This document shows, one piece after another, positions 26,241 to 38,840 of a stretch of DNA of 64,000 nucleotides. A program made the position numbers and the translations under genes. Numbering within the stretch: position 1 is the first letter of the stretch; the number at the start of each line of letters is the position of its first letter. The DNA comes from Bugula neritina (Eukaryota > Animalia > Bryozoa): contig OZ037770.1 in the NCBI GenBank assembly GCA_964035545.1, forward strand, positions 11,986,463 through 12,050,462, written 5' to 3'. The notes beneath the pieces were generated by a model. That model made no database searches. It was given only the letters and a program-made list of their open reading frames with translations, and had not been told where the DNA came from.

Positions 26241-29200
26241 AAGCAGTAATAGCATACCGTGGCATGTGAGCTAAGCTAAGTAGCCACTTGCACAATAGAA
26301 TTTCGTAGCTTGAGGCTATGTTATAGACTGAGCAATGAGCATATAGCAGATGGAGAGGGACATAATGCATGCGTGGATCAATTAAAATTATTCATTAGCA
26401 TCGTAATTTGTTTTAGAGCATAGCATTAGGATATTATTAAAGTATATGTGAGCTACACCCACTATTGAGCTGTTTATGATATTGTTTCAACTTTCACATA
26501 TATGTTTGTTTACTTTATCATGCAACGGCTACTGTTTTGAGGTCAATTGGGTTTGTCTTGAAAGTTTCTCAGCTGTTTACTGTCAGGTCAGCATGTTAGT
26601 GACAGGCAGTGACAGGCAGTGGCAGGTAGTTGGTGTCATAGCCTCCCTGATGAGTTGCTGCTCCAAAAATCTATATACAAATAAAACAAAATCTTGCTTA
26701 AAATCTATTCATGTGTATTGCGCAATTTTATTAAACTCAGATGCCATAATAAGTTTACTGCTACATTTCTTAAAAGGGGTGATTTTATGCCTTTCATGCA
26801 GTTATTTAATGTTGCTGATTCAAGCCAGCTCGCATAGCAGGCCCAGTAGCAGTGCCATAAAAACCAAACCTTGCAATCAGATTTGCGCTCATCTATTAAA
26901 CTGTTGCCAAAAAATGACACAATCTGAAATATTGTAATGTAGTATACAAAATTGGCAATAGAAAAAATAGTTTGAATAGAGTATTTCATTTGCTGGAATT
27001 TTTCTCACTAAATAGTTTAAAAGATAATTTGTGCTAAATGAAAAATGAAAGCTTGTTAACAGTTTAATAAGCTCCATTGTCTCATTGGTCACATATTTGA
27101 AAGGAAGCAACTCGAGTTTAATAAGATAACCTCTTGGCTTTATACTCTCAATTTAAATTATTATTAAAAATTAAACTGCTTCAGAATATAGATCCTATAT
27201 TCTTTTATGTTAACGCAAGATTTTATATATAATCTGTAATGAAAAATATTTGACTGAAACCTATTATATAATAGGCCTATTTACAAGGTTAACTTAATAT
27301 ATTTTTAATCATCAAATATTAAAATCAATAAGCTAAAAATAGTTAAATATATACTAACATAATCCTACTCATTATTACGTTTGCCTCAATAAAATACAAT
27401 AAATCTTGCCTTGCTATCAATCAACTATACATTTTCATTCCCGTAAATTCCTGTTAATGCTTTATTTAATAGTATTAAGAATTAAAGGCTTAATGTTTTA
27501 AATATGTTTTAAAAGTGCGTTGAAAATAAAAGAGCGCAATAGCCTACTTTGGGAAAACAAGATCTATTTTAAACAACTTAAGCATTCATTTCTGAGAATT
27601 TACAAAAGTCAAAAGCTTGCACGTAGAAAAAGTCTTTAAAATTTATGGTTTGACAAGTGCATTTTCTTTTCTCTCTAGAGAGAAAGAAATTAAAGCTATA
27701 TCAATTTTAGCAGAAAATTCTGTTCAAACTATTCATTGATAAGTCAAACAATTTTACAATCTAAAAACAATTCTGGCATGTCCATTCAGTTCCTGCTGTA
27801 TTTCCCAAATGTATACCAAATAATTATAAAGTTTACACTTTATATATAAAGAACTATAAAGTCATCTATGCTGACTCATTTAACTTCTAAAAGACCTCTA
27901 ACTTGACCCCGACTAACCTGGGTTTATTATCTTAAAGATTTATTTGTACACAGTTTGTGTATTCATAGGCAACGCATATTCCATAAATCAATATTGGCAA
28001 ACATTATCATGACGGTTAAAGGTTCTAATTTTTTGTTTTAAACTGTTTTGTAAACAATTAATTTGTTTTGCTTTCAGTGTTGCTTTGGCTTACCAATGAA
28101 CATGATGCCAAACATATATAATCGCAGAGTAGATTGCAATTATCTTTCGAAGGCTGGAGAACAGTTGCCTATATATGCAGAAAATTGTTTAAATTAGGGC
28201 ATATTATATTGTATTAGGATTGTAAGCAATTTACATTTCTGTTATAGGCAAGATACATACCTACAGACTCATAATCTGAATTCACATTTTATAGACTGAA
28301 AAGCACATGTAGCATTTGATCTGTTGATGATGTCACTATGTGTTCATAGTATTTGTTTAGCTACGCCTGCTTATTGACTAAAAATAGTAATATTTCCATA
28401 ACTTATTGTTGATTTGTAGATATTACAAAACCCGGTATGATTTGCATTAGCCTAGCGGTCGATAGAGTACAGCTTAAATTAATCTAGCATCGATTTCAAA
28501 GAAATTCCGGCTTGCATCTTTTTACCTGCCTATATATGCTTTCTCATGAGATAAGAAATGTTAAAGCTGACAATACCTTTGTGTTCAACCATGCAAGCAA
28601 AACCTCAAATGCCTTTGTTGTTGATGAGTTTTCATAACCAAATATAATGCATGCTATTTTTTCAACATTGCTGCAATGCATAGCTTATCTTTTTCTACAA
28701 TAGAATAGGACTGAGTAACCTAACACAGAAAACACGCTGCACTCAGTAAAGACATTTTATTTTTAGTACATGCAGTACGACTAAGTATAAACACATGTTT
28801 ACAAAACAACCTGAATGCAAAGTTGTGTTGCAAAATGGTCACTCTTTGCGTCACAGTTTCGTTAACTGGTGATAGATCTCGTTGGCGAGCAAATCATCTT
28901 TTTTCAAGTGAACTAGTATCATGCCTGAGATGGTTGTTGCATCATTCATAATTCATACATAGTGAACTCAACATACTATAAATAAACAAAATGCAACACT
29001 CTCAAAGATGCTAGTACCAGATTATAAACTATCAGCACGCATAATTAACTTATTGGTATTTATATTTAAATTTTGTGTTTACAAATCGGGATGTTGCGTG
29101 TGAATTGGGAATCTCTGCTCTTTTTGGTAAGCTTTTTTCAGTCTGGCTTGGATTCACACTGTATTAAGTTGCGGTATGGTTTGGTTGACACATAATTCTC

Positions 29201-30818
29201 TACTGCGAAGGTGTGTTTTGTGCCGAGGTGGGCGAACAACTCTTATAAAACAGCATTATTTTATGATAATTATATTATATACTCAGTTTTTACATTATGC
29301 ACTTAGCTCCTATTTATATTATCATCATTGCATTTATTTGCAACCAAATCTTTTAGACAGAAAGTTGTAAAAAGAAAAGTTTCTTATTTTTTTGGGTCAA
29401 ACTGTAATAAATGCAGAAGTATGTTTTAATATTGTTTATAACCTATTCATGATAAATTTAGACCTTGGCAAATATAAGCAGCAAAATCTGTCTAAATATT
29501 GTTCAAGCTGGTATGTTTTTTAACTATATAAAAACATAGCAATAAATTTTAAAGTGTAACTGCTTTTCAATCATCAAAATAATATTTATATACTATTTCT
29601 TGGTTAGCCTGTAAACAATATCAAATAGTAAAGCTATCATACATCTATATGTTATTATTTATCTTAGTTGACAAACTGTTCGTCATTTGCAATTACCAGG
29701 ATTAGTCTACTGATTGGCTGTTCACACAGTCAGGGTGAAGCTAAAATAACTTCTGCTTAGAATAGCTTTTGAAGCCAAGTGGCATCATTGGACAGGTGCT
29801 CGTGTGTCAATTTATCAGCATATGCAGTATTCTAGTTACTATAAAGATTTGCTGTCATGGTACAGAGGGATTAACACAACGTAATAAAACTGCAATATTA
29901 CAGGAACATTATTATATTTCAAATACTATGTAAATATAGCTTTTTGTCAAACATTTACAATTATAGTTTCCGCTAAACCAGAGTTATATAAATAGATCAT
30001 ATGCTCAAATCTTTTACAAAACTGTCATGCACTGGATTATGTTGCAATGAAAATTGAAAAGAAATAGAAAATGCGTTCACGATTTTCAGAGTTATCATAT
30101 TAATTTAACTTTTTCCTATACCAAACTATAATGTCTTATGGTCTCAGTAGATGCTACACTGATCAGATAATAAACCATTTTGCAGATCATCTGTAAGATT
30201 ATTAAAGTTTTGTCTTAGAAATTAATAAAGGAAGACAATTCCTTTTCTCCATTGCAGCTCACAGACCTATTAATAGCTTTTATCACAACACAATTGTAAA
30301 CTACACCAACTAATATAAAACTACACAAACTATTATTTTGTAAAAGTTCACAATTTTTTCATGCATTTTTTAGGAGTTTTCAACTCTTGCATATCACAGT
30401 TTGCTTCAGGTATATAAAGTGTACACAACTTCAATTAATTTTTTAGGCTTGAACCTTTTTTTCAATTCAGTTAGACAAAAAACTATTTATAGCTCTGTCT
30501 AGCAGATTGGGAAGGTAACTCTTAGTTAACTGAAATTCAGCATCAAATTGATGTCATGCATGGCTAACCTCTGTACCATCAGGGCTTAGAACAGGGCCTG
30601 GTGAACAAATAGAACACCTTTTGCTATAATAAAATAAAAATTTCAAATATAGATTTTGGTGCCAGCATTTAAAATATTTTTCCCTGGTACCCTGATAATT
30701 GATATTTTATATTTTAGTATATTATTGTAATATATTATGTTTTACTCTGAATAATGCTATTAATAGCTTTAAAGGTGGGTTTTTAAACTTGCTTATGACC
30801 ATATATAAAAATATAGTG

Positions 30819-31067
<249 letters not shown>

Positions 31068-31773
31068 GCAAAAACAATTAAATAATTAAACTACATAGTA
31101 TATAGAGAAAATTAGGATGCACAGCTATAATCTGTGACAATGCAGTGGTTTATATATTATATACACTGCAGCTTATAGCATATGACATTAATATATTTTT
31201 TAGATCTTACCCGCTCAAACAAATACTTTCTAACTATTTTAGTGAAAGGAGACAGAATATAATCAAATCTTAATGCATGTCTGAAAACTAGCTCTTCTAA
31301 AAGCACTATTTCATGATTATGTATAGGTTTCGTTTTGCTATTAAGAATGGAGGAGTAAGCAAGTAGCATTTAATGAAATACATTTACTATATTCTTTTTA
31401 TTATTTGTTATTAATTATTATTGATGATTGCATGTTATATCAAATAATATAGACTCCCTTGGTTCATCTCAACTGTTATGCAATTATGAGGTAAAGAAAA
31501 GGACATGCTTGGTAAGATTTTGTTGTCAACCAGCACATTAATACACTGATAAAGCAATATATAGTATTTCAGTTCTATCTCCTGGTATATTAAAGTAAAT
31601 TTAATATATCATCATTGTAAAATCATTACATACACTGTTCCTTACCTGGTAGTGTAGCATATTGTGGGCTGGATTAATGTCCAAATAAACTCTCTAAGAG
31701 GTTATATATGTAGTATATCAAGCACTCTACACAAGAGTCATAACCAAACTCTCTATAGCTGATATACAACATC

Positions 31774-34700
31774 ATGAGCACTCTTTCTGACTTTCCTGAA
31801 GATACTGTCAGTAATGTGAGTTTGCATTTCGCTGCCGAGTTATACAACTTCTCTCAGACTAACTTAGAATGGCAGCTAGAAAAAGAAGTTATAGAGAAAA
31901 GACAAAGAGCACACGTGGGTCAAGTGCTTATGCGTTTTCATATTGCATCTGGATGTTTCATTTTGCTGGCAAATGGGTATCTTATAGGATTTTATATAAA
32001 GTACCCTAAATTAAGAAGACACGTTGGAGTAACGATGCTTGCTGCTTTTATTGCTATATTTCTTCAGGTAAGTTTATTAAAGGGGAAAGCTGAGAAAATC
32101 CAATAGCGTGAACAAATGTTTAGAGAATTGCTTGAGGCGAAAGCTCAGAAAATGTTTCATCGGCGTTTTTGAAGGTGCTTTGCATGATCCAGAACTTCAA
32201 GCTCATAGTTAGAACCTTAATTAATGTTTTTAAAGTATTGTATTTTTTATTAGAAAAGGTAAGGTAGCGTTTTGCAACTTGAAACAAAGGGGCTTCTTTT
32301 GTTTCTAAGGTAAGTATATGAAGCTTACATTTGTAACTCTACGCGTTGGCTTGTTAGAAGACGTAATATAATGCCTATATATCTGCCAACAATATCTTGT
32401 TTATTTATTTAAATTTTTTGCACATAAATTTGTGTCTTATTATAGTATTCTGTATAGTTATTGTAAATAAATATATACATACAGTTGCTGTGTAATAGTG
32501 AATATATTTATACAGAAATGTTGTTTCCATTGTAGGGAGTCACAGAACTGGTTTTCCGACCACTCTACTTTTCAGGGTATGTGGACCAAACCATACTAAA
32601 TCTCTCAAGGAAGGGGATGATTGTCCTGTGTGCCCTTAGCAGTGTACTTCATGAGTTCACAGTCTATTTGGTAGCTTTGCTATTACCTCTACTCAGCATA
32701 GAGAAATATATACGGGTAAGTTATTTGGTTCAGTAAAACTCAGAAAGTGATTGTAAATTTTATAGCAGACAAAATAAATATTGCTTCCTGTTTTCAAATT
32801 CCCAAATTGCCATCATTTTCAATTCCTATAAAGTTCCTACGACCCATGTTTTCATTAGTCTAAAATAATTGATTTCTTGCTTTTACAAAATTACTTACTA
32901 TATACAAGGGCTGGCAAACATTAAAATATTATAACAAGTGTAGCAAAGCTATTTATTAGTAATCAGCCATTTATTAGAATAGGGAAAAGAAACTATTGAA
33001 GGGTGTATTAGCTTACGTTTTTTCCTACTTTTTGACTACCATCTAAAGCGAAGATCTATCTTTTGAGAATATTCACTCAGTTTTTAAGTATTTATGCAAA
33101 CTATATAAGTTTTCTAGTTATTTACAGTAAGTCATATTTAAAGCTAGTAACAAAATAAGCCTGGACTTTTTTGTTATGCTATATCACATACTTTGTTTTT
33201 TTTATGATTGATTGCCTTTTTTCACAAAATATTATTATTTGCGTGCAGGTAAAGTTTCCCCATCAAAAAGAGGCTGTTACCAGAACATTATTTATTGGTG
33301 GTATTATATCTGCTACGCTCACTGCTCTAGTAATAGCCTTTCTTCCTATAACTGATGCATATACAGCTGAACCAGTTTGGGCCGAGTGCAACGGTACCTT
33401 TGTGAAGAATGACTATACAACATGCACTCTTGGAATTATGGCTTTTATTGCTATAGCTGTGAGTAACTTTGCATATACTTTGCGTGATTTATGAAAAATA
33501 CAAAACTATAAAATATGTGATTCAAGCATGTTGATATATAATTATATATTATATTATATTATACTATATTATATTATATTACTTTACATTATATTATATT
33601 ATAATATATTTTTATACTATATTATATTATATTATGTATTATATCATTTTATATTATATTACATTGTATTACATTATATTATATTATATCATAATTAACA
33701 TGCACAGTCCTCTTTACTAACATAATATTATAACATGTTTGACCTGCAGCACATAGTAAAACTACCAGCATATTTTATTATTATGTTACTTCTTTAATGT
33801 TTTAAAATAAACTAAAAGTAAAAATATTATTACGCCGTACTAACAATATTCCTTATGTGCTATCATCTTCTATATAGCATTATGTGAATATATTTTTTAT
33901 TCATGTTTGGAAATAGCTCTTCTCCATCTAAAACACCATTATACAATGTGTATTCTTGTGGCTTGGGTAATCTTCTACATTTGAATGCTAGGTAATTGTC
34001 TAATTCTAGAAGAAGAGCAGAACTGATACTGATTATATTTAAAGCCTCATTATCTACACACAGATTAGTGTTATGTCAAGTGTCATGTGGTAATCCATCT
34101 CTCCAGTTTTCTACCTTGTAGTGTTATGTAATGCCAAACTTGCAGTTATTGATTAAAAGCTTAGAAATAATCCATAAGAGATTAGTAAAATTATATTTCA
34201 GACGAATATATATGTGCTTTTAAAACACCTTATATACAATGTTAAATAATATGTATCATGTGTTAGATAATGTTAGTGTTTGAAACCTGTTTAGGAAGTC
34301 GTAACTTGATTTTTTGTGGGTTTTTCTGCTACATGCATGCTTGAATAATAATAACTGTCTAAAGATAATATAGAGGTGGGATAACTACTAATATATAGCA
34401 CTTATCCCACCCCTGCAATAACTGTTTTTATGTGCACCAAAATCTTCATATAGATATCATATGATTGATTTATTGATTTATTACATATCACAGATATGAA
34501 GACGTACTATGTGAAGTTCAGTGTTAAGACTGGTCATGATAAGTAGACATGAGTTAAAGTGGAGAAAAAAAAGTCAGAACTCTGTTAAATTATCTAAAAT
34601 AAAAGATTATTTAAAGTATTTACAAGATGTCATAAAAAACTTTTTCTGCCTCATATGCTTCTCTATATTTAATTGTATTTGTGAATCTCATTGTAGATTC

Positions 34701-35821
34701 CGATTATTATGTACTCTCTGATGGTGAGAATAGGAAAGAAAACTCTTCGAGGCAGCAGTCTGAGTCATAGAAAAGCATTTCTGATAAAGAGAGCTTCTAT
34801 CACAGCTGCTGCCATCTCAGTAGTCTACGTGCTGTCGTCAGCACCACACGCTGTCGTGCTGTCTTTGATTCTCTCGTGTAAAACTGGTCATCTTTCCAGA
34901 AACTTCTGTGATAAACAGAGGAAACACCTGAATCTACTTTACCTACTAGCTGTACAGGTTCATCTTATCTCTTGTAACTAGTATTAGCAATATTTACATA
35001 TTATATTATATATTCTATATAAAATACTATTATATTTTAAAAATTATTATTATAATTATCATAATTATTATATTATACATATAACAAATATAAATAAGAT
35101 TAAAAATATTATAAAGTGTTATTATATAAATATTATTATAATATTATAAAAAGTATATATTATATTATATTATATATTATTCTCTGCTCAAAGTAAAGTC
35201 TTACCATATCTTTTAACAATTGAAATATTTTATGATAAATTTTCTGTTAGTCAATTGAATTTATGACATTTGTATCGTATGTAAAGCAAACTGGATGTAA
35301 TACGAAGAATAAGGTGGCCAGTATGCAAATAGAGATTATTATAACTGACAATAATAGTTTGCAGTTTCAATATTGGCAAATTATAATACAATATTGTTTA
35401 TAAATCTGTGTTTTAGTCAATGAATTAATAAAAAATAATTATATATATATATATTTTATATTCTAGAAACTCGGATATGCCGCTGCCCCAATATTTTTCA
35501 CTCTTCTGCAGCCGAAGCTGCGGCAGCAAATGCTCCAGTGCTGGAGACAACTTTGCTTTAGCTCAGCCGTCCAATCAGAGAACAGCTGTCTGTCAGGCAT
35601 AACTAGTTCTAGAAAAGGCACTAGTCATAACAAGGTAAGATAACTCTTAAAATTTTTCCTATTCAAGAATGTATACTTGCTTGTGCCTGTGTGTTTTTTT
35701 AAAAAAACATCGCACAAATGTGTTCCTTTGCTTGCAGGTGTCGTACAGCATTACAAGTACAGACAATTCTAAACCAGTTTTCACAGAACCAGTCAGCACT
35801 GCTTTAGCAGCCCCACTTTAG
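31774..35821 (+). CDS. Class-A (rhodopsin-family) 7TM receptor, 398 aa; divergent opsin-like with Lys7.43
   Basis: Exons 31774-32067, 32536-32715, 33249-33458, 34697-34957, 35467-35634 and 35738-35821, all phase-0 GT-AG introns. Seven hydrophobic segments, N-terminal sequons (NVS, NFS), N1.50 (LLANG), C3.25 exactly 25 residues before the K of SIEKY (DRY equivalent), ECL2 YTAEPVWAEC, P5.50/Y5.58, SSAP (CWxP equivalent), TM7 KLGYAAAPIFF, helix 8 QPKLR. Confidence refers to the GPCR call; the opsin call is lower. Confidence 0.9.
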
Positions 35822-36119
35822 CAGTTTATGCAGAACTCACAACATCTAAGCTGCATCATGAATTGTGTGAAAACTTGCCCTGAGACCAACAAGCAATCTC
35901 CTCACCTATTCAATAAAACATTTCCATCTGCAGATGGAAGAGTGTTCCAAGTTTTTAATCATCTCTTTTCCTGCAAAAGTTGAAATGGTGCAAAATTATA
36001 TAATATCATAAATTTTTATTTGTAATTAGATTGTACATTTTTTCGTGCATACATGTATTTAACAAAGAATTTCTCAAATAAAAAACTGTATATACTTAGT
36101 CTCATATACTGCATTACAT

Positions 36120-36361
36120 TTTTTCGTATTCTCACCTATCTCCGCTTTGTTCTGTTTGGTTAGCGGGAAAACTCACGCAAGTTTATAGTCACTATCCCTG
36201 TGAGAAACCCCTGATGGAAAGGATTTTTGTTATATAGAGCGGGCTAAGCTGCTAAGGACTTGTTTAGATGAGGTACAAAAGCAATTATGACTGGATGTTT
36301 TGAACCCATGACTTCGTGTTCACAAAGCAAATGTTTTAACCCCTAGACCACGGCTGCTCCA
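36120..36361 (-). mobile_element. tRNA-derived SINE, longest copy, with 3' tail and target-site duplication
   Basis: Head GGAGCAGCCGTGGTCTAGGGGTT (A box) ... GGGTTCAAA (B box; central deletion), then body and a ~48-bp extra tail. Flanked by ctcat(at)actgcattacat at 36101-36119 and 36362-36378. Confidence 0.85.
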
Positions 36362-36597
36362 CTCATACTGCATTACATGTTTAATATAATTTGTGTTTCA
36401 AAATTTTATTTTGATTTTATATCTCAACACCTTTTCATAAATGATGCTTCTTTAAATTTTTTTGCATATAGAGAGTCACGAATTGCTTTGTATAGTTTGT
36501 CATCAGTTTTCTGGCAATTTCATAACACCTAGGGTATATATTGAAGCTTGAAATAGTGGCAGGAACATTTTGAATGCAGTTTTTCTAAAGAGCAACA

Positions 36598-38840
36598 ATG
36601 AACATTATTCTGCCGATACTTGCTGCTTGCATTTGGATGCAGGCCACTCAAGCCAGGCCATCTGTAAGTGTTTCTATTACATATGCTGGTGTCATAAACA
36701 CACTACGATTTGCTAAGGAATAGTAAAATTCCTAATCAAACTTTAATGAAAATGCTAAAACGTTATGTCATTGTTGATATTTCAAATAAACAATTTTTTC
36801 ACAAAAGATCTTATATTTACTTAAAGATTTAATTAGACATTTAAAATATTGCAACTAAAAGTAGTCATTAAAATGTAAAGAATGTTTTAATCACTGATGG
36901 TAACGGTTGAATTTGCTGTGTTGCAACTGCTTTTTTACAAAAATAAAATGATGATTTAATAGTACAAACCATGCATATGTCCATGTTTGTTGACTATGTG
37001 TGAGCAGAAAATACAGAAGTAGGTACTAAACAATCATGTTTTTAGAACTTACACATAAGTGTGCTGAATAATCAGGTTCTTAGAGCCCAGCAATTGTACT
37101 GATGGTCATAAATAAGTTAGGAACAAAATAAAACCATGTGGAGTTATATATTACTGAACTAACTGAACAATAGTTAGCTAGTAAGTGTTGGCTTTTTTTT
37201 ATGCTATGACAGCATAATATGTTTGCATAAATTAAAACTTTTAGTATTTTTTTATAAAAAAATTCTAATTAAGTATAATTATACTAATCTATTACATACA
37301 TACAAATTATAATTTTGAAAGCTTAAAAGTCCAAATACTGGCAATTGAAACTTTTTCAGCTGCGACAGCAGAATTAGGCATATTTTTATAATAAAAATGA
37401 TGAAGGTCTATAAGTACATGTTCTGTAAAAGCTTTACTAGTTTTGAAGTAATAGCTATAACAACTAAAATCCAGCGACCATGAATGAAGCGAATTTCAAT
37501 CAAACTGCTTCCTGTTTCAGGATCGACACAACCAATGCATGGAAATCTGCACATTTATTTGTCCAGAAGAAGATGAGCACAGTATGGAAGAGCATCAGGG
37601 GATGACTACGTTTGCAGACGAAGCGGCACTCACTCGCACTACCAAGAGCTATTGGTCACCAATAATCACCGAGTCTACTTTCTACAATTATTTTTTTTCT
37701 GACTCAACAAACGCCAGTACCTCGACTACTGACAGTACCCCTACTACCACAAGTGATCCTACTACTTCCAATGTCCCTACTACCACCAATGTTCCTACTA
37801 CCACCAATGTTCCTACTACCACCAATGTCCCTACTACCACCAATGTCCCTACTACTACCACCAATGTCCCTACCGCCACCAATGCCCCGACTACCGCCCC
37901 CTATGTCCCTACTACTACCACTAGTGCTCCTGTTACTGCCAATATCCCTACTACCGCCACCAATGTCCGTTCTGCCAACACCTATCTCCCTATTATCTAC
38001 ATCAATGTTCCTACTACTACCACCACCAATGCCCCTATTATCGCCAACAATGTCCCTACTACCACCACCAACGCCCCTACTACCACCACCAATGTCTCTA
38101 CTACCACCAATGTTCCTACTACCACCACCAATGTTCCTACTACTACCACCAATGTTCCTACTACCGCCAATGTTCCTACTACTACCACCACCAACGCCCC
38201 TACTACCACCACCAATGTCTCTACTACCACCAATGTTCCTACTACCACCACCAATGTTCCTACTACTACCACCAATGTTCCTACTACCGCCAATGTTCCT
38301 ACTACTACCACCACCAATGCCCCTATTATCGCCAACAATGTCCCTACTACCACCACCAATTTACCTACTACCACCACCAATGCCCCTACTACCACCACCA
38401 ATTTACCTACTACCACCACCAATTTACCTACTACCACCACCAATGTTCCTACTACCACCACCAATGTCCCTGCTACCACCACCAATGTCCCTACTACCAC
38501 AACCAATGTCCCTACCACCAATGTTCCTACTACCACCAATGTCTCTACCACCACCAATGTCTCTACTACCACCAATGTTCCTACTACTACCACCAATGTT
38601 CCTACTACCACCAATGTTCCTACTACCACCAATGTTCCTACTACTACCACCACCAATGCCCATACTACCACCACCGATGCCCCTACTACCACCAACAATG
38701 TTCCTACCGTTGGACTATCAGAGAGTATCATTGAAAGAAAGAAAAGGCATGCTATAATAGTAGCGGAAAGTGATTCAGGCAATGATGAAGAACACCATGG
38801 CTGTAGAATGAGCTGCACGAATACTTGCAGTCATAAATAA
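36598..38840 (+). CDS. Secreted mucin-like protein (461 aa) with Thr/Pro/Asn/Val repeats and terminal CxxxCxxxC modules
   Basis: Exon 1, 36598-36663, encodes signal peptide MNIILPILAACIWMQATQARPS followed by gtaagt. Exon 2 is 37521-38840 (tttcag acceptor, phase 0). About 300 aa of NVPTTT(T) repeats, with CMEICTFIC near the N-terminus, then RKKR and CRMSCTNTC at the C-terminus. TATATA at 36535-36540 and AATAAA near 38988. Confidence 0.85.

Noticed and set aside
37753-38818. Long overlapping ORFs (334 aa Met/Leu/Pro on plus; 273 aa Val/Gly on minus)
   Set aside because: Shadow frames of the ACT/ACC repeat, which lacks stop codons. Only the Thr frame connects to a signal-peptide exon and to unique flanks.
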